Notes: generated by a model not told the origin, from the letters alone. Positions 1 through 9,800 are shown, counted from the stretch's first letter. The stretch: 64,000 bases of DNA from Verrucomicrobiota bacterium (GCA_049510745.1 JBEKYR010000015.1:42858-106857); one strand, 5' to 3'. Numbers and translations: made by a program.

Positions 1-1
1 G

Positions 2-757
2 ACTGTCACCATTAATGATTACACCGGGCCTGGAGGTGCTGTGGCTCTTCCGGCGGCCATCCTCGGGCTGCCCGTTGCCATCATCGGGCCTGATGCGTTC
101 CTAAACAACACAAACCTGACCAGCGTCACGATTCCCGGCAGCGTCACCAACATCGGGGAGGCTGCGTTCGAGGGTTGCACCAAGCTGACCGGCGTGACCA
201 TCCCCGCAAGCGTCACCAACATCGGGAATTATGCGTTCCAGTGGTGCATCAATCTGACCGGCGTGACCATCCCCGCAAGCGTCACCAACATCGGGAATTA
301 TGCGTTCCAGTGGTGCACCAATCTGACCGGCGTGACCATCCCAGCCAGCGTCACCTTCATCGGGTTGGGTGCGTTCGAGTTCTGTCCGAACCTGACCAGC
401 GTCTATTTCAAGGGCAACGCTCCCGGCCTTATTCGCCAAGGAATAGGCCTCGCGGGGACCGCTTATTATTTGCCTGGCACTACCGGCTGGAACTCCACTT
501 ATTCCGGCGTGCCAGCGGTCCTGTGGAACCCGCTGATCCAGGTGGGCGGGGCGAATTTTGGGGTGCAGAACAATCAATTCGGTTTCAACATCACCGGCAC
601 CAACAATTTCACGGTCGTGGTGGCAGCCTGCACCAATCTGGCCGGTGCGGTTTGGGTTCCGCTCACCACCAACACGCTTGTCAACGGCTCGTTCCATTTC
701 AGCGATCCGCAGTGGACGAATTACTCCCATCGTTACTACAGCCTCCAAATGCCATGA
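2..757 (+). CDS. BspA/LRR_5-type leucine-rich-repeat surface protein, 5'-partial
   Basis: Frame is open from position 2 (TVTINDYTGPGGAVALP...). Repeated 23-aa LTxVTIPxSVTxIGxxAFxxC units are followed by a Thr/Asn-rich C-terminal beta domain (FGFNITG...FSDPQWTNY..RYY). Confidence 0.9.
   Translation, partial: TVTINDYTGPGGAVALPAAILGLPVAIIGPDAFLNNTNLTSVTIPGSVTNIGEAAFEGCTKLTGVTIPASVTNIGNYAFQWCINLTGVTIPASVTNIGNYAFQWCTNLTGVTIPASVTFIGLGAFEFCPNLTSVYFKGNAPGLIRQGIGLAGTAYYLPGTTGWNSTYSGVPAVLWNPLIQVGGANFGVQNNQFGFNITGTNNFTVVVAACTNLAGAVWVPLTTNTLVNGSFHFSDPQWTNYSHRYYSLQMP
185..355 (+). repeat. 69-bp tandem repeat (2 near-identical copies plus a partial third) encoding LRR units
   Basis: ctgaccggcgtgaccatccc begins at 185, 254 and 323. 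Copies 1 and 2 differ at one base (tgcatc/tgcacc). Confidence 0.9.
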
Positions 758-805
758 GACGATATTCTCTCGCGCAACGCCGGCGAATCCTGTAATTGTC
801 GCCGG

Positions 806-1375
806 TTGAGCGACGTTACCCGCATTCTTGCGTCCATCGAGCACGGCGACCCGAAGGCCGCGGATCAACTGCTGCCGCTGGTCTATGGCGAACTGCGCAA
901 GCTGGCGGCCTCCAAAATGGGGCGTGAATCGCCCAACCAGACGTTGCAACCCACCGCGCTGGTGCATGAGGCCTGGCAGCGGTTGGTGGGTGAGGGCAAT
1001 CCGCAATTTGCCAATCGCGCACATTTTTTCGCCGCCGCAGCCGAGGCCATGCGCCGCATTCTCATTAACAATGCCCTCCGCAAGCGTGCGGTTCGTCACG
1101 GCGGCGGCCAGCAGCGCGTGGACATGGAGGGTGTTTTGGAAGTTGCCGCGCCGTGTGACGACGACGAACTCATCGCCGTGAACGAGGCGCTCGACAAGCT
1201 CACCGCAACCCATCCCGTCCAGGCCGAGGTGGTGAAGCTGCGCTATTTTGTGGGCATGACCAACGTGGAAACGGCCCAGGCCCTGGGCCTCTCCGAGCGC
1301 ACCGTCAAGAATTATTGGACCCACGCCCGCATCTGGCTCTTCCGTGAAATCAACGCCGCTCGAACAACCAGGTAA
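806..1375 (+). CDS. ECF sigma-70 factor, Planctomycetes/Verrucomicrobia type (TIGR02999-like)
   Basis: Motifs VTRIL..GD..AADQLLPLVYGELRKLA, TLQPTALVHEAW, HFFAAAAEAMRRIL, and region-4 HTH LRYFVGMT..ETAQALGLSERTV. TTG start. Confidence 0.92.
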   Translation: MSDVTRILASIEHGDPKAADQLLPLVYGELRKLAASKMGRESPNQTLQPTALVHEAWQRLVGEGNPQFANRAHFFAAAAEAMRRILINNALRKRAVRHGGGQQRVDMEGVLEVAAPCDDDELIAVNEALDKLTATHPVQAEVVKLRYFVGMTNVETAQALGLSERTVKNYWTHARIWLFREINAARTTR

Positions 1376-1475
1376 TATTTCATGGTGCAAGAAATGCACC
1401 GTCAGCCTGCGGCATCGCCGCCCGAAGAAGTCGGCAACTGGCCGAACTTAACCACCAATCTGCAATTTCTGTTTC

Positions 1476-1787
1476 CTGCGGGAGCGAATTGAGGACATTC
1501 CCCTTCTGGCGAGTCATTTCATCGATATCTCAGTCCGGGAGCTTAAATGCGCGCGGCCCCGCCTGACGCGTGCCGCACTCACCAACTTGCGGTGCTACAA
1601 TTGGCCTGGAAACGTTCGGGAATTGCGCAATGTGATCGAACGGGCAGTGATCCTTGCCCGCGGTGGTGCCTTGAGATTCGAGCTTCCCGCAACCAACTCT
1701 CCGGCTTCCGCCTCACGCTTGGTGGCTCAAGCTAAGTCGCAAGACAGTTCAGGTGCTGCGCCGAAACTGCTGAGATGCGCGCGTTAG
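1476..1787 (+). pseudogene. Fragment of a sigma-54 (NtrC/FhlA-family) activator: end of the AAA+ domain only
   Basis: In-frame LRERIEDIPLLASHF...YNWPGNVRELRNVIERAVIL. An in-frame TAA lies upstream at 1449-1451. No Walker A, GAFTGA or HTH. Confidence 0.85.
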
Positions 1788-2146
1788 GGCACGATGACCA
1801 CCGTGTCTCCGGCTTCCAACGGCATGTCCTCGTGGTGCAGCAAATCGATCCCTTTGAAGTCGCCGACGACCTGGCCGTTGCGCAGCACCCGGACGACCAT
1901 CGGGTTCATAAAGCCGGTATAGACAGCGATGGCAACGGCGCGGCTCAACATCAGGCCCTCCTCCCAGGGCACGACCGGGTTTTGCACCGGACCCTGGACG
2001 AAGACGGCCGGGTTTTGCGGGTCCATCTGGCGGGATTGTTGCTGGGCGGCAAGGTAGGCCTGGTGCGCCTCCCATTGCGCCTTTTTCTTGCTGACACACC
2101 CGGTGGCCGGAAGGATCAGGATCAGGATTAAAATTAGGAACTGCAT
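1784..2146 (-). CDS. Putative lipoprotein with a C-terminal SLBB/beta-grasp-like domain
   Basis: MQFLILILILILPATGC is lipobox-like. VFVQGPVQNP...W.EGLMLSRAV..A and DMPLEAGDTVVIVP resemble SLBB. Start uncertain (2146 or 2173). Confidence 0.6.
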   Translation of the reverse strand: MQFLILILILILPATGCVSKKKAQWEAHQAYLAAQQQSRQMDPQNPAVFVQGPVQNPVVPWEEGLMLSRAVAIAVYTGFMNPMVVRVLRNGQVVGDFKGIDLLHHEDMPLEAGDTVVIVP

Positions 2147-2166
2147 TCGGTCAGCCTCCGCCTGGG

Positions 2167-2649
2167 TCAACAACTGGTCGGAACTTCCTGTAAAACCTCA
2201 ACGCAATGCGGGACCGCCGCCGCCACAAAACTCAAGCACTCGACGGCGCCGCTCGGTTTGCCCGGCAGGCAGATCACCAGGGATTTGTCCACCACGGCGG
2301 CCAGGTTGCGGGAGAGGATCGCGTTGGGGGTGAGCTTCATCGATTCCAGGCGCATGACTTCGCCGAAACCGGGCAATTCGCGGGCGGCGATTTCCCGCAC
2401 GGCTTCCGGCGTGACGTCGCGCAAGGAGACGCCCGTGCCGCCGGTGGTCAGGATCACATGGCACCCTTGGTTGATCTGCCCGCGAATCGCCCGCTGGATG
2501 TCGCGCTTTTCGTCCGCCACCAGCGCTTCGGCCAGAACTTCCCAGCCGTGGCCTGCCGCCGCCTGGCGCAAGGCCGGCCCGCCCAGGTCGTCGTAGAGGC
2601 CGCGCGCGGCGCGGTCGGAAACGGTGATGATGCCGGCGGCGATACGCAT
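2167..2649 (-). CDS. mog: MogA/MoaB-family molybdenum cofactor biosynthesis protein
   Basis: Motifs ITVSDR, LTTGGTG..RDVTPEA, LPGFGE, LSR, LPGKP. ATG overlaps the moaC stop (TGATG). Confidence 0.9.
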   Translation of the reverse strand: MRIAAGIITVSDRAARGLYDDLGGPALRQAAAGHGWEVLAEALVADEKRDIQRAIRGQINQGCHVILTTGGTGVSLRDVTPEAVREIAARELPGFGEVMRLESMKLTPNAILSRNLAAVVDKSLVICLPGKPSGAVECLSFVAAAVPHCVEVLQEVPTSC

Positions 2650-3107
2650 CAGGTCTTTCGTTTTGACACCAAGGCGATGCCGGTGATGCGCATGGTTTTG
2701 TCCAGCGCCTTGCACATGTCATAGACCGTCAGCGCCGCCACGCTGACGGCGGTCAGGGCTTCCATCTCCACCCCGGTCGAGGCGGTGATGCGGGCGGCGG
2801 CCCGGATCACGACGCGGTCGCGCGAGGGCGGAATCTCGAACTCGACCGCGCAATGGCTGATATTCAGCGGGTGGCACAGTGGGATCAGGTCGCCGGTCTT
2901 TTTCGCCGCCATGATGCCGGCCAGGCGCGCGGTGGCGAAAACATTGCCCTTGGCCACGGCGTTCCGCTCGATGGCCTCGAGGGTGGCGCGCTTCAGGCGA
3001 ATCTCGCCCCGCGCCACCGCCTCGCGGCTGGCAGGCGGTTTGGCGGAAACGTCCACCATGTTGATTTCGCCTCGCGCGTCCAAATGGGACAGCTTTTTCA
3101 TTGTCAT
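2649..3107 (-). CDS. moaC: Cyclic pyranopterin monophosphate synthase MoaC
   Basis: LSHLD..G...MVDVSAK, AGIMAAKKTGDLIPLCHP, TGVEMEALT, YDMCKA. Confidence 0.96.
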   Translation of the reverse strand: MTMKKLSHLDARGEINMVDVSAKPPASREAVARGEIRLKRATLEAIERNAVAKGNVFATARLAGIMAAKKTGDLIPLCHPLNISHCAVEFEIPPSRDRVVIRAAARITASTGVEMEALTAVSVAALTVYDMCKALDKTMRITGIALVSKRKT

Positions 3108-3177
3108 GCGTCACCGAAGGCCGGGAAACGGACGCGCTGCGGCGCGACCCTGCCACCCAAAACCGGGGCCTTCCTTT

Positions 3178-3948
3178 TCATCGGCCCTCCGGGTGAACCA
3201 CGCTCTCCTTCCATTCCACCACGGCGGTGCGCATTTGTTCCGCGAAATGCCAGTTTTTTTTGACATGCCTGGGAATGGAACTCGGCGACGTGCCCAGCAA
3301 ATCCGTCGTCACCAGGATTTCCCCGTCGCACCCCGGCCCGGAACCGATGCCGATGGTCGGGACGGAAACGGCGGCGGTCATTTCCCGCGCGACAGGGGCG
3401 GTGACCAATTCCAGCACGATGCCAAACGCCCCGGCGTCCGCCACCGCAATCGCATCCGCGAGCAACGCCTGCCGTTCCGGCTCGGTTTTGCCTTTGACAT
3501 GGTAGCCGCCCTCGGCCACCACGTTTTGGGGGAGCATTCCCAGATGACCCAGCAGCGGGATGCCGTCGGCCAGAATCGCCTGGATTTGCGGCAGCATGCC
3601 GCGGCCGCCTTCGATCTTGACCGCTTCGGCCCCTGCCGCGGCCAGCCGGCGGGCGTTCTCCACCGCGCTGGCGGGAGTGGCGCAACTGCCAAAGGGCAGG
3701 TCGGCGGCCAGCAGCGCTTCGGGCCGGGCGCGCGCCACCGCCCGCACGTGATGTTCCATGTCGGCCATGGTCACGTGCGTCGTGTCCGGGTAGCCGAGCA
3801 CGACCATGCCCACCGAATCGCCCACCAGCAGCAACGGGATGCCGGTCCCTTCGAACATCCGGGCCATGGCAAAATCATAAACCGTCAGGGCCGCCAGGCG
3901 CTGGCGGCCTTTGAGCGCGCGAATCTGTCTGATCTTGTCGGAATTCAT
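3178..3948 (-). CDS. panB: 3-methyl-2-oxobutanoate hydroxymethyltransferase
   Basis: LTVYD, LLVGDSVGMVVLG, ADLPF, VKIEGG, GHLG.LPQ, PTIGIGSG..CDG. Confidence 0.95.
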   Translation of the reverse strand: MNSDKIRQIRALKGRQRLAALTVYDFAMARMFEGTGIPLLLVGDSVGMVVLGYPDTTHVTMADMEHHVRAVARARPEALLAADLPFGSCATPASAVENARRLAAAGAEAVKIEGGRGMLPQIQAILADGIPLLGHLGMLPQNVVAEGGYHVKGKTEPERQALLADAIAVADAGAFGIVLELVTAPVAREMTAAVSVPTIGIGSGPGCDGEILVTTDLLGTSPSSIPRHVKKNWHFAEQMRTAVVEWKESVVHPEGR

Positions 3949-3955
3949 CACAGCG

Positions 3956-4993
3956 TCAGTCGCGGCGAAAGCTCCCCACCAATTCATCGGGCGTCACCGT
4001 CGCGGTGCCCAGCTTGCCGACGACGATCCCGGCCGCGTGATTGGAGAGAATGGCCGCCTCCAGGGGCGACGCTCCGGCCGCAATGGCCAGCGTGAAGGTG
4101 GCGATCACCGTATCACCCGCGCCGGAAACATCGAACACCTCGCGGGCCTCCGTCGGGATCAAGAGCGGACGCTGTCCGCGCTGGCAGAGCAGCATCCCGT
4201 GTTCGCCCAGGGTGATGAGGAGCAGGGCGGGCTGCAAATCGTCCAGCAATTTTTCCGCCACCCGCAACAGCGCGTCATCCTGCTCCGGCGCCGTGCCCAG
4301 CGCGGTGTCCAGGACGCCGGCCATTTCAAAGGCCTCCTTGCGGTTGGGGGTCAGCAGGGAAACGCGGGACAAATCCAGGCGATGGGCCGGTTTTGGGTCC
4401 ACACTCAACCAGACGCCACGCTGCCGGCAGAGCGTTCGGGCTCCGTTGAGCAGGGTCTGGGTCATCACTCCCTTGGCGTAATCCCCCAGAATGACGGCGT
4501 CGCCCGCTTTGAGGCCGCGCTCCAATGCGGCCAGCAACCGCCGGGTCGTGGACTCATCGACGTAAAGGCGCGTTTCACGATCGACCCGCACGACTTGCTG
4601 GCGATGGGCGATGATGCGCGTTTTGATGCTGGTGACCCGTTCCGGGCACGGCAACAACCCCGCGCAGCCTATGCCGTCGCGCTGGAGAATCCGCCGCAAT
4701 TGCGCCGCTGTCTCGTCCTCGCCCACCGCGCCGAGCAAATCGGTGGCGACGCCCAAGTGGGCCAGGGTCCGCGCCACGTTGCCCGCGCCCCCGGCCATGA
4801 AGCTCTCCCGCTCGAACTCGACCACCGGCACCGGCGCTTCCGGCGAAATGCGCCCGACTCTCCCCCAGACAAACTGGTCCAGCATCACGTCGCCCAGCAC
4901 CAGGATGCGCGCCCGGCGCGCCACGGCCAGCAATCGGCGCACCCGCGCCAGGCCCGGTCCGGGCGACTTTAAAATTTGTGCTTTCATGTTCAA
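3956..4993 (-). CDS. rfaE1: D-glycero-beta-D-manno-heptose-7-phosphate kinase (RfaE domain I, PfkB family)
   Basis: LGDVMLDQF.WG.V.RISPEAPVPV, GGAGNVA, DY.KG, TPN..EA, DVSGAGDTV. Confidence 0.92.
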   Translation of the reverse strand: MNMKAQILKSPGPGLARVRRLLAVARRARILVLGDVMLDQFVWGRVGRISPEAPVPVVEFERESFMAGGAGNVARTLAHLGVATDLLGAVGEDETAAQLRRILQRDGIGCAGLLPCPERVTSIKTRIIAHRQQVVRVDRETRLYVDESTTRRLLAALERGLKAGDAVILGDYAKGVMTQTLLNGARTLCRQRGVWLSVDPKPAHRLDLSRVSLLTPNRKEAFEMAGVLDTALGTAPEQDDALLRVAEKLLDDLQPALLLITLGEHGMLLCQRGQRPLLIPTEAREVFDVSGAGDTVIATFTLAIAAGASPLEAAILSNHAAGIVVGKLGTATVTPDELVGSFRRD

Positions 4994-5011
4994 ATCAGTC
5001 AGCGATGCTCA

Positions 5012-5797
5012 TCAATCCAGGAACGCCGTCAGCGGGCTGGTCGCGCTCGCCGTCGATCCCGCCGCAGCCAGTCCGACCTCGTAAGCGTCGCGTCCGCATT
5101 GCACCGCCGCCGCAAACGCCCGCGCCATCCGGCAAGGGTCCTCGGAGACGGCGATGGCCGTGTTGACCAGGACGGCGTCGGCCCCCATTTCCATCGCTTC
5201 CGCGGCGTGGCTGGGCCGGCCAAGGCCGGCATCGACCACCACTGGAACGGTGGCTTGATCGATGATGATGCGAATCTGGTCGCGGGTTTCCAAGCCGCGA
5301 TTGGAGCCAATCGGCGAGCCGAGCGGCATGACCGTCGCCGTGCCGGCGTCCTGCAACCGCTTGGCCAGGACCGGGTCGGCGTTGATGTACGGCAGGACGA
5401 CAAAGCCTTCGCGCACCAGAATTTCCGCGGCGGCCAGAGTCTCAATCGGATCGGGCAGCAGATAGCGCGGGTCGGGGTGAATTTCCAATTTGATCCATTT
5501 GGGCAATCCGGCGGCGGCGGCCAGGCGGGCCAGGCGGACGGCTTCGGCGGCGTTGCTGGCGCCGCTGGTATTGGGCAAAACCAGGTAGCGTTTCGGGTCG
5601 ATGAATTCGAGGATATTGGCGAACGGATCGCGGCGTCCGCTCAAGTCGGCCCGGCGCAGGGCGACGGTCACGATCTCCGTGCCGCTGGCGGCCAGCGCGT
5701 CGCGCATCAATTCCGGCGACGAGAATTTCCCCGTGCCGACCAGCAGCCGGGAGCCAAACTCTTTGCCGGCGATTTGAAATGTCGTCGTCTCGTTCAA
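5012..5797 (-). CDS. thiG: Thiazole synthase
   Basis: [55 protein letters not shown] start. Confidence 0.96.
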   Translation of the reverse strand: MNETTTFQIAGKEFGSRLLVGTGKFSSPELMRDALAASGTEIVTVALRRADLSGRRDPFANILEFIDPKRYLVLPNTSGASNAAEAVRLARLAAAAGLPKWIKLEIHPDPRYLLPDPIETLAAAEILVREGFVVLPYINADPVLAKRLQDAGTATVMPLGSPIGSNRGLETRDQIRIIIDQATVPVVVDAGLGRPSHAAEAMEMGADAVLVNTAIAVSEDPCRMARAFAAAVQCGRDAYEVGLAAAGSTASATSPLTAFLD

Positions 5798-6021
5798 CGT
5801 TCAAAACGCCAAGGATGGGGTGACGGCCTGCAAGTTTAAAGTTTAAAAGTTTGGCAAACGTCTTGCACAGCCAGTAAATGCGGCTGGATGGTTCTGCTTC
5901 CAAAGGGGAAAAACTTAGAATTGCTTGCACGAGAAATAACTGTCATTAATTACGTTTATTAGCGTTTGTAATTACATGGCACGATCTTGCGTTATCGATA
6001 TACTTCCGTTTTAATTGCGCC

Positions 6022-6408
6022 ATGATCGATGCCGTAGGCAAGCGTCCCCGAACCAAAAGGCCAGCGCTAAATCGCGCTGAAATCTTGCAGCAAGTGAAAA
6101 CGCCGCTCGGTTTTTATGTGCTGACGCTGTTGATTGTTGAAGGAACGCTTTCAATCGTTCTCACCTGTTCAAAACTTACCGAAGAACACATTTGGGGCGG
6201 GTTCTTGTGGATGATCGGCGTGTTTATTGGCCTCGTCGTTTTGGTGTCTCTGTTTGTCTGGCTGAAGCCCGAAGGCTTGCTGTTCGAGAAAGATCAGTAT
6301 TTGCCATCGGAAATCGATCCGTCGGCCTTGCGAGATCAGATTGAAGATTTGATCTACAAAAACGTAAAACCTGAAAGCTTGCAAAATTCCGGAAACCGAG
6401 GAAAATAA
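6022..6408 (+). CDS. Hypothetical membrane protein (2 predicted TM helices)
   Basis: Hydrophobic segments LGFYVLTLLIVEGTLSIVL and GFLWMIGVFIGLVVLVSLFVWL. Visibly AT-richer than the flanks. Confidence 0.7.
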   Translation: MIDAVGKRPRTKRPALNRAEILQQVKTPLGFYVLTLLIVEGTLSIVLTCSKLTEEHIWGGFLWMIGVFIGLVVLVSLFVWLKPEGLLFEKDQYLPSEIDPSALRDQIEDLIYKNVKPESLQNSGNRGK

Positions 6409-6412
6409 GGAC

Positions 6413-6646
6413 ATGCGTTGGCAAGAAACAGTCACCGACCCTGACGAAATCAAGGTGTTCACGGCTTTGGACGGTCCTGAAGACACGTGGCGCACGATGA
6501 GCGGGATCGCTCGCCAGACGGGATTGAGCGAAGCGCGGGTGGTTAAAATCCTTGATAAATACAATCTCATGCTCACTCGATTATCTGAAAAACCTTCTGT
6601 TTCGGGGTCGGCCCTTGTCGGTTTGATTGAAAAAGTGGGGACGTAA
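6413..6646 (+). CDS. Small hypothetical winged-HTH-like protein
   Basis: KVFTALDGPEDTWRTMSGIARQTGLSEARVVKIL shows an HTH pattern. AAGGA precedes the ATG, which is 4 bp after the upstream gene. Confidence 0.6.
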   Translation: MRWQETVTDPDEIKVFTALDGPEDTWRTMSGIARQTGLSEARVVKILDKYNLMLTRLSEKPSVSGSALVGLIEKVGT

Positions 6647-6936
6647 TCGCGCGCGTCGTTGAGACGCCCCTTTTTTCTTTTCCCCTGTGGGAAAACGAAC
6701 CGCTGTCGATCACTGGTTTCCTTCGTTTATTTTGGGCATCGCGAGTACGGCAAGCCGGGGTGAAGGGCTTGAATGTCCTCGATGAGTTCCAGACCATTGT
6801 GAGCCAACCCTGACGGCACGCCTCCCCCCGTCGCACCGGGACATTCTTGCCTGCTGGCCGCGGGCGGGCTGGCAATTATTTCCAGTTTTTTGACCTTCCC
6901 GGCCCAAAACCCGTCGGTTTGGCCCTTTTTGCCGAC

Positions 6937-6952
6937 TGGCACATCGACTGCT
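6937..6952 (+). promoter_or_regulatory. Sigma-54 (-24/-12) promoter of the flagellar operon
   Basis: TGGCACATCGACTGCT has exact GG-N10-GC spacing and lies about 22 bp upstream of the flgB ATG. Confidence 0.8.
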
Positions 6953-6974
6953 AATGGGTGGAGATCTTGTAACG

Positions 6975-7355
6975 ATGATCGACGCGTTATTTACAAATTC
7001 GGAATACGTGGCCGCCAAGAAAATGCTGGATGTCTCGCTGCTGCGCCACCAAGCCATTGCCAGCAACTTGGCCAACATCGAAACGCCCAATTACAAGCGT
7101 CTGGATGTCTCCCCCTCCTTCGAAGCGCAATTGTCCCAGGCCGTCGCCAGCCAGAATCCCGAAGCCATCGCCAGCCTCCAGCCGCGATTGGCGGTCGATA
7201 CGACGGCCATCTCCGGACGGGCTGACGGGAACACGGTCCTGTTGGAAACAGAGATGGTCAAACTCAACCAAAACACCCTGGAAAACAGCGTGGAAACCCA
7301 ATTGATCAGCACTTCCCTGGCCCGGCTGCGCATGGCCGTGACCGGCAAAAGCTGA
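6975..7355 (+). CDS. flgB: Flagellar basal-body rod protein FlgB
   Basis: RHQAIASNLANIETPNYKRLDV, RADGNTV.LETEM. Confidence 0.95.
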   Translation: MIDALFTNSEYVAAKKMLDVSLLRHQAIASNLANIETPNYKRLDVSPSFEAQLSQAVASQNPEAIASLQPRLAVDTTAISGRADGNTVLLETEMVKLNQNTLENSVETQLISTSLARLRMAVTGKS

Positions 7356-7364
7356 TTTACTTTT

Positions 7365-7799
7365 ATGATCAGTCTCCTCACCGGCATTGAAAGCACCGCC
7401 TCCGCGTTGGACGCCGAGCGCATCCGCATGGATGTCATCTCGCAAAACATCGCCAACGCCAACACCACCAAGGGCGCGGACGGCAAACCTTATCAGCGGC
7501 AGGAAGTTGTTTTTGAAACGGTCCTGCGCGCCCAACAGGATTCCAACGGCGCGACTTCCGGCCCGCAATCCGTCCAAATCGCCCGCATCCAAAAGGATTC
7601 CCGCCCGCCGCGCCTGGTCTATAACCCCGGCCACCCCGACGCCGATTCCAACGGGATGGTCGCCATGCCGGACATCAATATCCACCGGGAGATGGTCGAT
7701 ATGATTGCTTCCTCGCGCTCCTACGAAGCCAACCTGGCCGTGGTCAAGAACGCCCGGGCCATGGCCCTGCAGGCGCTTTCCATCGCCAAACATTCCTAA
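7365..7799 (+). CDS. flgC: Flagellar basal-body rod protein FlgC
   Basis: RMDVISQNIANANTT, PY.RQ, Y.PGHPDAD..G.V.MP, EMVDMIASSRSYEAN. Confidence 0.97.
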   Translation: MISLLTGIESTASALDAERIRMDVISQNIANANTTKGADGKPYQRQEVVFETVLRAQQDSNGATSGPQSVQIARIQKDSRPPRLVYNPGHPDADSNGMVAMPDINIHREMVDMIASSRSYEANLAVVKNARAMALQALSIAKHS

Positions 7800-7814
7800 G
7801 CCGCCGACCGCTGA

Positions 7815-8204
7815 ATGGACGCCCTTTCCGCATTAAAAATGATGGTCGGCCCCCAGACGGGAGCCGGCCTGCCCAATTCCGTCCAGGAGCTGGCCGCCTC
7901 CGCCACCAAGTCCATTCCCGCGGCCGAGTTGCAGAAGCTTTCCTCGGACATCCCCCTCCCAACGGTCGCGCCGGGCCAATCCACCGGCGGTTTTGAAAGC
8001 CTGCTGGGCAATTTTGTCAGCGACGTGGCGCAAAAGCAGGCGGCCGCGACCGATGCCGTCACCGGATTGCTCAGCGGAAAAAATGTTTCGTTGCACCAGG
8101 CCATGATCTCGATGGAGGAAGCCAACGTGTCCTTCCAGATGATGGTCGAGGTGCGCAACAAACTGCTCGATTCGTACCAGGAATTGATGCGGATGCAAGT
8201 TTGA
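7815..8204 (+). CDS. fliE: Hook-basal body protein FliE
   Basis: LHQAMISMEEA.VSFQMMVEVRNKLLDSYQELMRMQV. Confidence 0.95.
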   Translation: MDALSALKMMVGPQTGAGLPNSVQELAASATKSIPAAELQKLSSDIPLPTVAPGQSTGGFESLLGNFVSDVAQKQAAATDAVTGLLSGKNVSLHQAMISMEEANVSFQMMVEVRNKLLDSYQELMRMQV

Positions 8205-8213
8205 TAAAATTTC

Positions 8214-9800
8214 ATGAACAAAAACCTCACGCAGTTGGGCCAGCAACTACTCGGCATCTGGAAACAGCTTGGGCTGAACCAGCGCGTCAGCATCATCATG
8301 GCCACCGCGGTGGTGTGCGCCGGCTTGGGCACGATGGCCTTCTGGTCCAGCCGCCCGGATTTCTCCCTGCTCTACGGCAAACTGGAGGAAGGCGAAGCCT
8401 CCAAGGTCATCGCCGCCCTGGGCGAAACCAAAGTCCCCTATCAAATCCGCGGCGCCGGCTCCATCTACGTTCCCGCCGATAAAGTGTACCAGGTGCGCAT
8501 GCAAATGGCGGGCAAGGGCATTCCGCGCGGGGACGGCGTCGGCTTCGAGATTTTTGACAAGGCCAATTTCGGCATCTCCGATTTCGTGCAGCGGGCCAAT
8601 TACACCCGCGCCGTACAGGGCGAACTGGCCCGCACCATCAGCCAGCTCGACCAGGTCGAAAACGCCCGCGTCATGATTGTCATGCCCGAGAACCGCCTTT
8701 TGGTGGACAGTTCCCGCAAACCCACCGCCTCGGTTTTCGTCCGCGTCAAGGGCATGGGCCAACTGCCGCCGGCGGCGGTCAACTCGATCCGTTTCCTGGT
8801 CGCCAACAGCGTCGAGGGCCTCCAAGTCAACAATGTTTCCGTCGTCGATAACCAGGGCAACGTCCTGTCGGAAAACGAGGAAAGCGACTCCATCGCCGGG
8901 CTGTCCAACAACCAGCTCGCCGCCCGGCGCAATGTCGAGCAATACCTGGCCAAAAAGGCCCAGGGCATGCTGGAGCAGGTTCTCGGTTCCGGCCAGGCGG
9001 TGGTGCGCGTTTCCGCCGAGCTGAATTGGGACACCATTACCCGCACCGAGGAGAAATTCGACCCGGACGGCCAGGTCGTGCGCACCAGCGTCATCAATGA
9101 CGACAACACCGATACCACCACCTCCTCCGGCGGCGGCCCGCCCGGCGTGGCGGCCAACGGGTCGGACACCAATTCCTCCTCCGGCACGCCAGTCAACAAA
9201 AGCCATACCCAGAAGAAAGTCACCAACAACAATTACGAAATCAACAAGATCACCAGCAACGTGGTGCAGGCGGCGGGCGGAATCAAACGCCTCTCCACCG
9301 CCGTTTTCGTGGCCCAGCGCTTCGAGGGCAAGGGCGCCGACCGCAAAGCCGTGCCCCGTTCGGCGGACGAACTGGACAAACTGCGCCACATCGTCCAAGC
9401 CGCCCTCGGCATCCAGGCCAACGGCGACGCGAACCGGACCGATGAAATGACGCTGGAGGAAATGCCGTTCAACGACCAGCCGGTGGCCGAAATGGCCCAG
9501 GAACTGGTCCAACAGGAAAAACGGCAATTCTGGACGGACCTGGCCCAGAAACTGATTTACCCGGCGCTGGCCGCCGGGGTGCTCTTCCTGTTCTGGCGTT
9601 TGTGGCAGAAGACCGCCGAGGATGAAATCCCCATCACTTTGCCGATGGTCCACGGCAACGGTCATGGCCGCTCCAAAAACGGCTCCAATGGCTCCGGCGT
9701 CGTCACGGTGGATGTCCTCAATCAATTGATCCGCGAAAACCCCGCCAACGTCACCCAGGCCGTGCGCAGTTGGCTGGCCCGCGGCAAACCCGAAACCTGA
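8214..9800 (+). CDS. fliF: MS-ring protein FliF
   Basis: N-terminal TM, GFEIFD, RA.QGELARTI, PTASV, LVANSVEGL, second TM, C-terminal ENPANVTQAVRSWL. Confidence 0.96.
   Translation: MNKNLTQLGQQLLGIWKQLGLNQRVSIIMATAVVCAGLGTMAFWSSRPDFSLLYGKLEEGEASKVIAALGETKVPYQIRGAGSIYVPADKVYQVRMQMAGKGIPRGDGVGFEIFDKANFGISDFVQRANYTRAVQGELARTISQLDQVENARVMIVMPENRLLVDSSRKPTASVFVRVKGMGQLPPAAVNSIRFLVANSVEGLQVNNVSVVDNQGNVLSENEESDSIAGLSNNQLAARRNVEQYLAKKAQGMLEQVLGSGQAVVRVSAELNWDTITRTEEKFDPDGQVVRTSVINDDNTDTTTSSGGGPPGVAANGSDTNSSSGTPVNKSHTQKKVTNNNYEINKITSNVVQAAGGIKRLSTAVFVAQRFEGKGADRKAVPRSADELDKLRHIVQAALGIQANGDANRTDEMTLEEMPFNDQPVAEMAQELVQQEKRQFWTDLAQKLIYPALAAGVLFLFWRLWQKTAEDEIPITLPMVHGNGHGRSKNGSNGSGVVTVDVLNQLIRENPANVTQAVRSWLARGKPET

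Noticed and set aside
185..355. Diversity-generating retroelement TR/VR pair
   Set aside because: These are adjacent coding LRR repeats without adenine-specific mismatches, and there is no reverse transcriptase in the window.
5798..5940. TPP riboswitch upstream of thiG
   Set aside because: No CTGAGA or ACCTGA-type conserved core is visible on the minus strand.
5977..5991. Sigma-54-like TGGCACGATCTTGC upstream of the 6022 gene
   Set aside because: The GG-to-GC spacing is 9 nt, not the required 10.
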